From a virus: a stretch of 43,881 nt of DNA. Of the stretch, positions 14,945-23,216 are shown piece by piece. The stretch is taken from IMG/VR virus record IMGVR_UViG_3300033149_002206, one strand, 5' to 3'. A program made the position numbers and the translations under genes. The notes under the pieces are model-generated. The model worked only from the letters and a program-made list of their open reading frames with translations, had not been told where the DNA came from and did not search any database. Within the stretch, counting starts at the first letter, position 1, and each line of letters starts with the position of its first letter.

Positions 14945-15276
14945 AAGTTAGAAAACAAACAAAACTCTGGACAACACAAGATGGCAACAGGATAAGGCTT
15001 TGCGATATGTCAGATGAACATCTTTTGAATACTATTAAATTTTTACAGCGCAAAGCTAAAGAATTATATAAAGATGAATTGGCTGCAGGTTATAGTATAC
15101 TTAGCTCCTTAGGTGGTGAAGCTGCTATTGACCACTGTGAAGGAACTCTGCAGATGATTGAAGAGGAAGGCGCTGACTATTATTTACCTGACATTTATTA
15201 CAATATGCTTGATGAGAAAGAAAGGCGTGGTTTGATTGAAAATGAGAAGGGGAAGAAAATGAGGAAACATAAATAA
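14941..15276 (+). CDS. Hypothetical protein
   Basis: 111 aa, ATGA-coupled to the upstream gene. Confidence 0.55.
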   Translation: MKVRKQTKLWTTQDGNRIRLCDMSDEHLLNTIKFLQRKAKELYKDELAAGYSILSSLGGEAAIDHCEGTLQMIEEEGADYYLPDIYYNMLDEKERRGLIENEKGKKMRKHK

Positions 15277-15497
15277 TGGATATATGCCCTATATGTAAAA
15301 GAGAATTTCCTGATTGCGCTGAATCTGAATGCTGTTTAGATTTAGTTGTAGACGCCTTTATAGATGGTAAATATATAACAATGTGCCCCTTGTGTTATGC
15401 CAAGGATTTCAAACGAATACACGGAGTAAACTGGCAACCTGTTGGCGAAATGGCAAGTATGATGTATGAAGAAGCGAAAAGGTTATATTCCGAATGA
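15276..15497 (+). CDS. Zinc-ribbon small protein
   Basis: CPICK...CPLC. Confidence 0.5.
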   Translation: MDICPICKREFPDCAESECCLDLVVDAFIDGKYITMCPLCYAKDFKRIHGVNWQPVGEMASMMYEEAKRLYSE

Positions 15498-15576
15498 AAG
15501 CAATAATATATTTACAAATTCTCGGATTTTTCTGGTTTTTGTGGGTGGCTATTGGTACAATATTGAGGATGAGAAA

Positions 15577-15765
15577 ATGACCGAAGAAATGTATGAAATG
15601 TTAATAGTAGAACGAGAGAGGCTTATTTTAAGGGCAAGTCTAATCAATCAATGTAGAAAGGAAGAAAATGGAAAAAGAAACAATCGCAGAGAAGCTGTTT
15701 TACCTTCAGCAACACTTGAACGTACCGAAAAACCAGTACAACGAGTTTGGCAAATACAAGTATAG
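15577..15765 (+). CDS. Hypothetical small protein (uncertain)
   Basis: ATG 15577 with SD GAGGATG, but it overlaps the erf start by about 98 nt in another frame. Confidence 0.25.
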   Translation: MTEEMYEMLIVERERLILRASLINQCRKEENGKRNNRREAVLPSATLERTEKPVQRVWQIQV

Positions 15766-16309
15766 GTCGTTAGAGGATATAGTAGAAGCGCTCAAGCCGT
15801 TACTGAAAGAAAAGAAATGCACCCTGAAGATGTCTGACGAAATCGTCCAGTTTGACGGCCGTTATTATGTCAAGGCGACAGTATCACTTCTTGATGGCGA
15901 TGAGGAAATTAAAACTTCTGCCTATGCCCGTGAGCCTGAAAACCGCAAGGGTATGGACGAGAGCCAGATTACAGGTGCAGCGTCCAGTTATGCCCGCAAG
16001 TACGCCCTTAACGGACTATTAGCAATAGATGATACTCAAGACGCTGACGCCCTGCCACCAGCGAAAGAAGAGAAAAAGGTCGAGAAGCCCAAACCTGCCT
16101 CCAAACCCGTAGACACCGATAAATGGCTCGACCAGCAGTTTTTCAATATAACTTCTGATATGAAACTTGATGAAGGCTTTAAGTGGTCGATAGAGAAATT
16201 CAGGAAGGTTGTAGAGGCAGCGAAGCCGAAGACTCGTGGCGACGCCAAGAAGATTATCGAGAAGGTTAAACTAATGCCAGCAGTGATACAGGAGGCCATT
16301 GATGCCTAA
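15668..16309 (+). CDS. erf: Erf-family single-strand annealing protein
   Basis: FGKYKYRSLEDIVEALKPLL ... ITGAASSYARKYALNGLLAIDD are hallmark ERF motifs. Confidence 0.75.
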   Translation: MEKETIAEKLFYLQQHLNVPKNQYNEFGKYKYRSLEDIVEALKPLLKEKKCTLKMSDEIVQFDGRYYVKATVSLLDGDEEIKTSAYAREPENRKGMDESQITGAASSYARKYALNGLLAIDDTQDADALPPAKEEKKVEKPKPASKPVDTDKWLDQQFFNITSDMKLDEGFKWSIEKFRKVVEAAKPKTRGDAKKIIEKVKLMPAVIQEAIDA

Positions 16310-16712
16310 ATACTTTTTAGCCAAAAGAAACGAACCGCAGCCGTTAGCACAGTGGCCTGCTATCTATCACGAGATAAATAAGAGACCCGCATCTTATATC
16401 TTAATCCTCAATTCTGATGAGTATATTACCGATAGACAGAGGCGATGGTATCGAGGAGTCTGTTTGAAAGGTCTTTCCGATTGGAACGGCGATACCGTGG
16501 ATGTGTGGGATTATAGACTAAAGACAGAATGCGGAGCGGAGATTTTCAAGATGCTGAAATTTGAATATAACGGACAGGTTTATTATCGGCCAGAGAGTAT
16601 TACTGGCAAGACCAAGAACCAAATGACTCAATTCATAGAAAATATTTTAAGTTGGGCAATAAGCAAGGAATGGCCTGTATACCCGCCCGACCCTGATTTA
16701 AGGAGAATGTAA
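16299..16712 (+). CDS. ninB: NinB/Orf-like recombination mediator (tentative)
   Basis: 137 aa. DRQRRWYRGVCL...TGKTKNQMTQFIENILSWA parallels lambda NinB (LDQNRKLWACL...STSRMRVGEFAELLELIQAF). Located between erf and ssb. Confidence 0.35.
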   Translation: MMPKYFLAKRNEPQPLAQWPAIYHEINKRPASYILILNSDEYITDRQRRWYRGVCLKGLSDWNGDTVDVWDYRLKTECGAEIFKMLKFEYNGQVYYRPESITGKTKNQMTQFIENILSWAISKEWPVYPPDPDLRRM

Positions 16713-17167
16713 TGAATTATAACAAAATTTTACTAATGGGAAACTTAACCCGAAACCCTGAACTATCGTATCTGCCCAACCAGACGGCAGTAGTATCATT
16801 TGGCATAGCCGTCAATCGCAAATACAAGGATAAGGAAGAGACTTTATTTATCGACTGTACAGCCTTTGGTAATCAGGCAGAGAATATCAATAAATATATG
16901 CAGAAGGGAAATCCTATCTTTATCGAAGGACGTTTGACGAAAGACCAGTGGACACAGGATGATGGTGTGAAACGAGAAAAATATAAAGTAATAGTTGAGA
17001 GGTTTCAGTTTTTGGGAGTAGCCCAACCTGCACAGCGGAGCTTAACGATAGTATCGCCTCAAACAGAACCTAAAAACGACAGTTTCTCACCCCAAAACGA
17101 CAGTTTCTCGCCCAAAAACGACAGCCCACAACAATCGGTTTTTGAAGATGAGGATATACCATTCTGA
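16712..17167 (+). CDS. ssb: Single-stranded DNA-binding protein
   Basis: OB-fold N-terminus (ILLMGNLTRNPELSYLPNQTAVVSFGIAVNR...FIDCTAFGNQAENI...IEGRL) and an acidic tail DEDIPF. Confidence 0.9.
   Translation: MNYNKILLMGNLTRNPELSYLPNQTAVVSFGIAVNRKYKDKEETLFIDCTAFGNQAENINKYMQKGNPIFIEGRLTKDQWTQDDGVKREKYKVIVERFQFLGVAQPAQRSLTIVSPQTEPKNDSFSPQNDSFSPKNDSPQQSVFEDEDIPF
17072..17127 (+). repeat. 21-bp tandem repeat (about 2.6 units) in the SSB linker
   Basis: AACGACAGTTTCTC at 17075 and 17096, and AACGACAG at 17117. It encodes (K/Q)NDSFSP repeats. Confidence 0.85.
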
Positions 17168-17194
17168 AATAACGGACTGAACCCACAAGAAAGG
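17165..17194 (+). repeat. 30-bp intergenic direct repeat, copy 1
   Basis: TGAAATAACGGACTGAACCCACAAGAAAGG is identical to 17483-17512. It spans the stop codon of the upstream gene and the SD region of the next gene. Confidence 0.9.
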
Positions 17195-17202
17195 GCAACG
17201 CT

Positions 17203-17490
17203 ATGAAATCTAATGCGGATATTGCAAATTTCAGGCGGCACGAAAAGAGCTGCGTGAATTGCAGATATTACCGAGTAACTGGAGATTACACCAGTAGCTG
17301 CCTTCTTTTGGGCAGGACGTTAAGCATAACAGGAATGTATTATTATGCTGATGGCTGCCGTGTCTGTGATTTTTGGAAGAAACGGCCGTCAACGTGGAAC
17401 TGCTTCGTAAAAGCAAATCCTTTTTGGCACGACCCATACATTTCAAGGGAGAGCCAATTAAAAATAAGGAAACGGCACGGATTGAAATAA
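17203..17490 (+). CDS. Cys-rich small protein
   Basis: 95 aa; CVNCRYYR...C...CRVCDFW. Confidence 0.5.
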   Translation: MKSNADIANFRRHEKSCVNCRYYRVTGDYTSSCLLLGRTLSITGMYYYADGCRVCDFWKKRPSTWNCFVKANPFWHDPYISRESQLKIRKRHGLK

Positions 17491-17512
17491 CGGACTGAAC
17501 CCACAAGAAAGG
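17483..17512 (+). repeat. 30-bp intergenic direct repeat, copy 2
   Basis: Identical to 17165-17194. Confidence 0.9.
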
Positions 17513-17526
17513 AAAGGAAAAAGGAA

Positions 17527-17745
17527 ATGAGATTGGAAATGAAATATTTTGTAGTAAAACCACATCCCAAAACAGCAGACGATATTTTTGCAAGAGCATC
17601 ACAGCACGCAATGCTGGCTTATGCGGATTGCATTGAAGCACAAGAGCCAGAATTTGCAGCAGAAATTCGAGCGTGGGCAGAAAGGGAAAGCCTGAATCAG
17701 TATAAAGCTGGCAATAAAGGAAAAACAAATGGAACGAAAAAGTGA
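17527..17745 (+). CDS. Hypothetical protein
   Basis: 72 aa (alternative start at 17539). Confidence 0.5.
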   Translation: MRLEMKYFVVKPHPKTADDIFARASQHAMLAYADCIEAQEPEFAAEIRAWAERESLNQYKAGNKGKTNGTKK

Positions 17746-17938
17746 AACCCTGGGTATGACAAAAAGAGACATAATGAAATGTATTCGAGATGAAATGGAT
17801 TATTGGGATACTGTTGAAACAGAAGCTATGAGTATGCTGGAAGAATTAATGGACTTAAAGATGCGTATTTCGCACACAGAAACTGTTACAAAAGAACTAT
17901 TTGATGAATTTTGCCATCTTGTCCCAGCGAGAAATTAA
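17729..17938 (+). CDS. Hypothetical protein
   Basis: 69 aa, acidic and helical. Confidence 0.5.
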   Translation: MERKSETLGMTKRDIMKCIRDEMDYWDTVETEAMSMLEELMDLKMRISHTETVTKELFDEFCHLVPARN

Positions 17939-18105
17939 TTGGATTAACCCTTCAGGCAAGGAGGCTTATTATCCACGATATAGATTACATTTTATTCAAA
18001 ATCAAATTTGCAACACTCCCCCCGAAGTACAGGCCTAAAAGCGAATGCTTAACGAAGTGTGTTTTAGGAAGCAGGAAGTGCTCTAAGAAAGAAGGAGTCA
18101 AGAAA

Positions 18106-18750
18106 ATGATTACTAAATTACTTAAAGAAATAGATAAAATGCGGTTGATGGATGTAATGCCCGATTGGTTGGATGTGTACAAGGTTGTGAGCAATAAAAT
18201 TGGGGGAGGTTATGAAGCATTAAATCAATACTTCGTTTATGATGACAATGGGGGAATTGTCAAAAACGCACATCCCAAGAAAATTCTTGAATGCGCAAAC
18301 GGGGAGTATACAGCAGGGTTTCATTCATTCACAAGACCAGAAGCAGCCTTGAAGTATCTTTTTATGGTGCTTTCTGATATGCCAGAAAAAGCCGTTTTTT
18401 GGGCAAGAGAATTTATCTCTTATCTTGACAGCCCCTATGCGAAAGTCCCCGCACCGAATCTTGGGCGTACCTATATGGAATTCCCCATACCGATAAAGTG
18501 CATTATTAAAAAAGAGTGGATAGAAGCTATCGGTAGGGATGTGAGCGGAGAAATAGTCGTGGTAACTCAACAATTATTTGTTCCAAGATGTGGGGAATAT
18601 GAGCCTGCCCACAAAAAAATAATAGAAATGTCGCCGTTAAAAATTACAGAACCCGTAGATATTAACATAAAAGTAGAAGAAAAAGATTTAGCGTCCATAA
18701 GCACATCTATGCCAATTTCGATTCAGGAAGAAATAGAGGCGTTAGTATGA
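18106..18750 (+). CDS. Hypothetical protein
   Basis: 214 aa from ATG 18106 (SD GAAGGAG). The upstream part of track ORF 17911..18750 looks non-coding. Confidence 0.55.
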   Translation: MITKLLKEIDKMRLMDVMPDWLDVYKVVSNKIGGGYEALNQYFVYDDNGGIVKNAHPKKILECANGEYTAGFHSFTRPEAALKYLFMVLSDMPEKAVFWAREFISYLDSPYAKVPAPNLGRTYMEFPIPIKCIIKKEWIEAIGRDVSGEIVVVTQQLFVPRCGEYEPAHKKIIEMSPLKITEPVDINIKVEEKDLASISTSMPISIQEEIEALV

Positions 18751-19067
18751 GAGCAATGCAAATAACGGACGGCCAGAAATTTGCACTTATTAAACTAATG
18801 GGACGATTTGCCAAGAACCGTAACGCCCGACTATGGATGTTGTCTAAACTGCTTAATAAAACCGTGGAATCAACCAGCGAATTATCTGTAGACGACTGGC
18901 GCAAGATACGGGATATGGCCTATCCTGACTGGTCTGATGATAATTGGTATCCGTGTGAGGAATTTTTTGAATTGGGCTATAAATTATATCGTGAATACGA
19001 AGAAGATGTGGTGGGGCAGATGTCTTTATTTGGAAAGAAGGATGAGACGGAAGGCAAAAGTATGTAA
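18747..19067 (+). CDS. Hypothetical protein (Mu gp16/GemA, DUF1018-like, tentative)
   Basis: 106 aa; ITDGQKFALIKLM...SELSVDDWRKI pattern. Confidence 0.4.
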   Translation: MRAMQITDGQKFALIKLMGRFAKNRNARLWMLSKLLNKTVESTSELSVDDWRKIRDMAYPDWSDDNWYPCEEFFELGYKLYREYEEDVVGQMSLFGKKDETEGKSM

Positions 19068-19359
19068 AGTCTGCGGTAAGCCTGCGTTTCGGGGATGTTT
19101 GTGCCGAAAGCACCTGAACGAGTATATGATTAAGAAGCAGGCTGAATACAAGAAACGAACGCACTGGCACAGATTTGATGATTACGAAAACGAATTTGCC
19201 AACGACTGGATAGACACAGAAAAACAGGCCACGGCCGACAGGATACATTACGAGATAGAGATATTAAAAATGTCGGGCTATGATATAAGAGCCAAAGAGG
19301 GTAACCCTAAATACATAAGCGCAGCAGTAGCGGACGAGATACTGAATGGCACTATTTGA
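19042..19359 (+). CDS. Zinc-finger protein
   Basis: 105 aa from ATG 19042 (SD GGAAAGAAGG); CKVCGKPAFRGCLCRKH. Confidence 0.5.
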   Translation: MRRKAKVCKVCGKPAFRGCLCRKHLNEYMIKKQAEYKKRTHWHRFDDYENEFANDWIDTEKQATADRIHYEIEILKMSGYDIRAKEGNPKYISAAVADEILNGTI

Positions 19360-19367
19360 GGTTAAAA

Positions 19368-19793
19368 ATGAACGAATGCAAAAAACATCCTAATCTAATA
19401 GTGAAGTGGTTCAAGCCGTATCTGGAATGCCCAGTCTGTAAATTAGAGGCGGAAGTTGAAAGGCTTATGGCCAGTAAGAGGTTTAAGCCCCCGACCTTAC
19501 AAGAGGTTAGAGACTATATTGCCCAGAAGGATTATCCCGTTGACCCAGACCAATTCTTTAACTTCTACGAGGCCAAAGGCTGGATGATTGGCAAGAACAA
19601 GATGAAGAACTGGCACGCTGCGGTACGAACGTGGCTCTCGAAAAACAAGACGAAACTATATCCAATTACTGGTAAGATATGCAGTAAAGAGGGCTGTGGT
19701 CTGCCTGCGGTCTATAAAGATACTACTGGCAGTTACGACCATTATTACTGTGCCAAGCATTTACCAGAAAAGGTAAGGAAATTGTATCAATGA
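19368..19793 (+). CDS. Hypothetical protein with zinc-ribbon ends and a W-rich central motif
   Basis: FFNFYEAKGWMIGKNKMKNWHAAVRTW. This motif recurs in phage replication-organiser N-termini. Confidence 0.45.
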   Translation: MNECKKHPNLIVKWFKPYLECPVCKLEAEVERLMASKRFKPPTLQEVRDYIAQKDYPVDPDQFFNFYEAKGWMIGKNKMKNWHAAVRTWLSKNKTKLYPITGKICSKEGCGLPAVYKDTTGSYDHYYCAKHLPEKVRKLYQ

Positions 19794-19836
19794 ATTACTA
19801 ATGGCAGGAATGCTATTAAGAAAGGCGGTGAACGAG

Positions 19837-20049
19837 ATGGGGAAAAAAAGAAAGATGAAAAAACTACCTTATCCGTTTTGCGAGACCACAGAAAATTTAA
19901 TCAAGGTGGCAAACAGATTAAATGCAGAATTATCTTTTCCTGATTTGCCATTGCAACGCCAAAGAGAGTGTCAAGTGCTGTTGCGTGATATAAAAGTTGC
20001 CCTAAATTCCAGAATGCTTTTGAAGGGAAATAATAATGACGTGGCTTGA
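19837..20049 (+). CDS. Hypothetical protein (cassette gene 1, copy A)
   Basis: Start at ATG 19837 follows the box AAGAAAGGCGGTGAA. It is a distant paralog of 20765..21022. Confidence 0.45.
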   Translation: MGKKRKMKKLPYPFCETTENLIKVANRLNAELSFPDLPLQRQRECQVLLRDIKVALNSRMLLKGNNNDVA

Positions 20050-20184
20050 AGATAAATTGCATTTGTCAGAAATTCAAAAGCAAGTGCTTATGGACAATCT
20101 ACAAGAATTGCAGCTTGCTGCTGATAAGGCAGTAGAAGAAAACAGAAGCCCATCTGAAGCTATAATTGCAAAAAGTAAGGAAAT
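20036..20184 (+). repeat. 149-bp direct repeat, copy A (3 mismatches vs 21024..21172)
   Basis: Base-by-base comparison at offset 988. Mismatches at 20072, 20073 and 20179. Confidence 0.9.
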
Positions 20185-20200
20185 CTTATGTATAGAATAG
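20036..20200 (+). CDS. Hypothetical 54-aa protein (cassette gene 2, copy A)
   Basis: MTWLEDKLHLSEIQKQVLMDNLQELQLAADKAVEENRSPSEAIIAKSKEILCIE. Near-identical to 21024..21200. Below the track cutoff. Confidence 0.5.
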   Translation: MTWLEDKLHLSEIQKQVLMDNLQELQLAADKAVEENRSPSEAIIAKSKEILCIE

Positions 20201-20222
20201 AAAAATAAGAAAGGTGAGTAAA

Positions 20223-20432
20223 ATGGAAGATTTGCGTTTCAAAGATGGCCAAAAATTAAGGGCAATAATATGGTCTCATAAGGTAATTCGTGCCGAGGAT
20301 GGTGTTGAAATTCAAATTGTAATGGAGAATGGGCAAACGGCTTGTTGCGTGCCTTGGGCGTTAGTAACTTATCCAGATGGCTCGCAAGAAAAATGGAATT
20401 TGGCAAATAGCGATGTAGGAGTATTATTATGA
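20223..20432 (+). CDS. Hypothetical protein
   Basis: 69 aa from ATG 20223, SD AAAGGTGA. Confidence 0.5.
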   Translation: MEDLRFKDGQKLRAIIWSHKVIRAEDGVEIQIVMENGQTACCVPWALVTYPDGSQEKWNLANSDVGVLL

Positions 20433-20464
20433 GAAAAAATTTAAGACAAGAAAGGCGGTGAATA

Positions 20465-20668
20465 ATGGAAATTGTAATAAAATATCACCCACTATCAAAA
20501 GAAAAAGAATTTCCTTCATTAGTTGATATATTTAGAGCAGATAATCTATCTGAACCATATTTTACTGAACATATAGACTCCATCGGTGATTTGCTTGACC
20601 AGCGTTTTTATGAATTGCTTAAAATAACTGGGGAGGTTAAGTTAAGGTTAGAAATTATAGATGAATAG
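20465..20668 (+). CDS. Hypothetical protein
   Basis: 67 aa, preceded by AAGAAAGGCGGTGAATAATG. Confidence 0.5.
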   Translation: MEIVIKYHPLSKEKEFPSLVDIFRADNLSEPYFTEHIDSIGDLLDQRFYELLKITGEVKLRLEIIDE

Positions 20669-20764
20669 AACTGGCGGCGGCGTATAGAGATGAGCGCTAT
20701 ACATAATCAAAAGCCCTCGAAAGTAAGCCTATCCGCCAATTCTTTGAGAAAGGTAGTGAATATT

Positions 20765-21022
20765 ATGGAAAAGTATATAAATGCCAACAATGGTCGTTGT
20801 AAGCCGAATGATAGGCATCAGGTTATGACCCCCGAAAAATTTACAGATATTGACATAAGTTTAACTATTATTGGTTTGCAAAGCAAAATCGACGAATATC
20901 GGGTAATGATTGCCGAGCATAGCATTGATAATAATGAAAATGTTATAAGGGCTTGCGAAAACGCAATAGTGTCTTGTCAATGCTTACTTGAAGAGGCACA
21001 AGCCTTGAAAGGCGGTGAATGA
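20765..21022 (+). CDS. Hypothetical protein (cassette gene 1, copy B)
   Basis: ATG 20765 follows GAGAAAGGTAGTGAA. The track ORF starts at 20690. Confidence 0.45.
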   Translation: MEKYINANNGRCKPNDRHQVMTPEKFTDIDISLTIIGLQSKIDEYRVMIAEHSIDNNENVIRACENAIVSCQCLLEEAQALKGGE

Positions 21023-21023
21023 A

Positions 21024-21172
21024 ATGACGTGGCTTGAAGATAAATTGCATTTGTCAGAAGCTCAAAAGCAAGTGCTTATGGACAATCTACAAGAATTGCA
21101 GCTTGCTGCTGATAAGGCAGTAGAAGAAAACAGAAGCCCATCTGAAGCTATAATTGCAAAAAGTAAAGAAAT
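21024..21172 (+). repeat. 149-bp direct repeat, copy B
   Basis: See 20036..20184. Confidence 0.9.
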
Positions 21173-21200
21173 TCTGTCTGAAAAAGGAAAAGAAGAATGA
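21024..21200 (+). CDS. Hypothetical 58-aa protein (cassette gene 2, copy B)
   Basis: MTWLEDKLHLSEAQKQVLMDNLQELQLAADKAVEENRSPSEAIIAKSKEILSEKGKEE. Confidence 0.55.
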   Translation: MTWLEDKLHLSEAQKQVLMDNLQELQLAADKAVEENRSPSEAIIAKSKEILSEKGKEE

Positions 21201-21562
21201 GTACAGGAAATTCAAAGCTTGAACCAAAAACGAAAGTAGTTTGGATAATAAAAAACTGTTTAGAGTATTCTATGAGGTCTCATCAAAAATGGGTTGATTA
21301 TCTCAAGGGAGATATTGAACCAGAAGTAAGAAAGAATCAAGAAGAACTGGTAGGTAATGTTGCATTTCACGAGAATTGCATACAAAGATATGAAATGGCA
21401 TTACAGGCTTTAGGGCAACTCCAGGCCGAAAACGAGAGACTAAAAGCCGAGAAAAAAGAACTTGGCAAAATGCACAATACGTATGTCAAAAGGGTTATCA
21501 AAATGATGAAAGAGCAAGGTTTTGAGATAAATTATGAAGGTGGTGCAACCGTTTTTGATTAG
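21197..21562 (+). CDS. Hypothetical protein with C-terminal coiled coil
   Basis: 121 aa. Confidence 0.55.
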   Translation: MSTGNSKLEPKTKVVWIIKNCLEYSMRSHQKWVDYLKGDIEPEVRKNQEELVGNVAFHENCIQRYEMALQALGQLQAENERLKAEKKELGKMHNTYVKRVIKMMKEQGFEINYEGGATVFD

Positions 21563-21588
21563 GGCAAAGTTCTGAAAGGTAATGGATA

Positions 21589-21801
21589 ATGAAATCTTGT
21601 AGAGATTGTATTTATTGGAGAGAGCAAAGTGGGAGCTGCCACGTTTTGTGCCCTAAACGAATGGATTTTTCTTTTAGTTGGGGCTTGCCTGTTTGTGAGT
21701 TATATAAAGAGGGTGAGCCAGAGTCGAGGAAGGTTAATCAGTTTTTAGTGTGGTCAGGTGAAAAACCAGAAGGCTGGCCGGAACTTGAAGATGCCAAATA
21801 A
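21589..21801 (+). CDS. Cys-rich small protein
   Basis: CRDCIYWREQSGSCHVLC...C; similar Cys pattern to 17203..17490. Confidence 0.5.
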   Translation: MKSCRDCIYWREQSGSCHVLCPKRMDFSFSWGLPVCELYKEGEPESRKVNQFLVWSGEKPEGWPELEDAK

Positions 21802-21819
21802 ATAGAAAGGCGGTGAATA

Positions 21820-21984
21820 ATGAAGATTTTTTTAATAATTCTGGTTTTTGTTTTGGCTATATTTTTTAGTTGGTTATTACCAGATGCGATGTTAGGCGAA
21901 ATGAGCGAGGAATTAAGAGAGCGTTGGGATAAAAACTTCAAGGAGAGAAACGCAAAAAGCAAAACCAAGAAAGGCGGTAAATAA
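21820..21984 (+). CDS. 54-aa single-TM protein
   Basis: MKIFLIILVFVLAIFFSWLL..., preceded by AGAAAGGCGGTGAATAATG. Below the track cutoff. Confidence 0.45.
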   Translation: MKIFLIILVFVLAIFFSWLLPDAMLGEMSEELRERWDKNFKERNAKSKTKKGGK

Positions 21985-22229
21985 TGAATCGTTATTTTAC
22001 AGATGGTAGGCCACGCAAACATCCTGAAGGCAAATGGTGTAAGTGGGAAGATGTACAAAAACTCGAGGCTGAGAATAAAAAACTACGAGAAATCATAAAT
22101 CACGCAATTGGCAGCCTGCACGCTTTATTGGTAAATTTGGACATCCAAAACCAAAAAGATATTATTGAATTGGAGAGTATTAAAGAACTTTTACAAGGAG
22201 TCAAGGATGGCGACCAGAAAAACGACTAA
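21984..22229 (+). CDS. Hypothetical protein
   Basis: 81 aa, preceded by AAGAAAGGCGGTAAATAATG. Confidence 0.5.
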   Translation: MNRYFTDGRPRKHPEGKWCKWEDVQKLEAENKKLREIINHAIGSLHALLVNLDIQNQKDIIELESIKELLQGVKDGDQKND

Positions 22230-22653
22230 AAAGGCCAAGAAGCCAGGCATCAAGAAGCTTAAAAAGAAGCTCTGGAAAATTGTATCCGAGTATATAAGGC
22301 TTCGGGACGCATTAGAGACCACGGGAACGAGGGAATATTTGCGATGTTGTACGTGTGGCAAAGTTTATCCCGCCTTTGGTAAAGGTTGTGCGCAGGCAGG
22401 GCATTTTGTTCCAGGCAGGAGTAATGCTGTTCTCTTTGACGAAAGATGTATTCACGGACAATGTTATAATTGTAATATTAACCTGAAAGGCGCCCATATC
22501 CCGTATAGAAAATTTATGATAAAAAAATATGGACTTGCAATTACAGAAGAAATAGAGGATAATTATTATAAAACAGTAAAATACACCACGAGCGATTTGG
22601 AAGATATGATAGAAGAATATAAGATGAAACTGAAGGAATTGAAAGGAGAATGA
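22207..22653 (+). CDS. ninG: NinG/Rap-like recombination endonuclease
   Basis: Basic N-terminus, LWKIVSEYIRLRD, CCTCGK...AQAGHFVPGR...QCYNCN: the NinG family pattern. Confidence 0.65.
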   Translation: MATRKTTKKAKKPGIKKLKKKLWKIVSEYIRLRDALETTGTREYLRCCTCGKVYPAFGKGCAQAGHFVPGRSNAVLFDERCIHGQCYNCNINLKGAHIPYRKFMIKKYGLAITEEIEDNYYKTVKYTTSDLEDMIEEYKMKLKELKGE

Positions 22654-23216
22654 TGCAGTTAATAAATGATAATATATTGCGATGTATGGTAATTCTTTAT
22701 GTACTTCTCGTGGTAGTGTCAAGCGGCTGTCAGCAGGAACAGAGGGTAGATACATCGACGATGAGTGATGAGGCCAAGACGAAGGTTATTGAGACCAGAG
22801 AGGTAATCAGGAAAGTCTATGAGACTAACTGGGCAGCTACGGTATTTATCTTTATGGTGGCAGGTAGTATTATTGCTGTCGTAGCCAATCCTAAAATGGC
22901 AGTGGCTTGGGGAGGTATTGCAGCGGGAATAATAGGATTGGGGTTGGTCTTACTTCAGCAGAGTGCAGCGAAATCATTATCAGAAATTCCGTGGTGGGTT
23001 TATGCTATGGGATTTGGGGGTGGAGCGATATGTTTTGGGTACGGAGCTTATCGGCTCTTGAGATATAGGATAGGATTTAAGGAAATAGTAAGGGGTGGCG
23101 AAATGCTCAAGAAGGATTGTGCTGAAGTGGTAGCGCCATTTAAGCGCACCCAGAGAGTTAATCAATCTCCCCAAACCAAAAAGTTAGTTAAGGAAACTAT
23201 TAAGGAGCTATTATGA
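22650..23216 (+). CDS. Putative lipoprotein/polytopic membrane protein
   Basis: Signal peptide ending VVSSGC (lipobox-like), then three hydrophobic segments in the 70-140 aa region. Confidence 0.5.
   Translation: MMQLINDNILRCMVILYVLLVVVSSGCQQEQRVDTSTMSDEAKTKVIETREVIRKVYETNWAATVFIFMVAGSIIAVVANPKMAVAWGGIAAGIIGLGLVLLQQSAAKSLSEIPWWVYAMGFGGGAICFGYGAYRLLRYRIGFKEIVRGGEMLKKDCAEVVAPFKRTQRVNQSPQTKKLVKETIKELL

Noticed and set aside
16414-16470. Hammerhead ribozyme core (CTGATGAG ... GAAA) inside ORF 16299..16712
   Set aside because: The sequences flanking CUGAUGA and GAAA cannot form the required stem II or stem III. It is a chance match within a coding region.
17231-17728. 165-aa minus-strand ORF, plus 17343..17570 and 17059..17241
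   Set aside because: They are antisense to three well-supported plus-strand genes and to the 30-bp repeats. They have no SD and a Leu/Phe/Ser-rich composition typical of antisense frames.
17911-18105. N-terminal 65 codons of track ORF 17911..18750
   Set aside because: This part has no SD and overlaps the previous gene. A strong GAAGGAG SD precedes the internal ATG at 18106, which I take as the real start.
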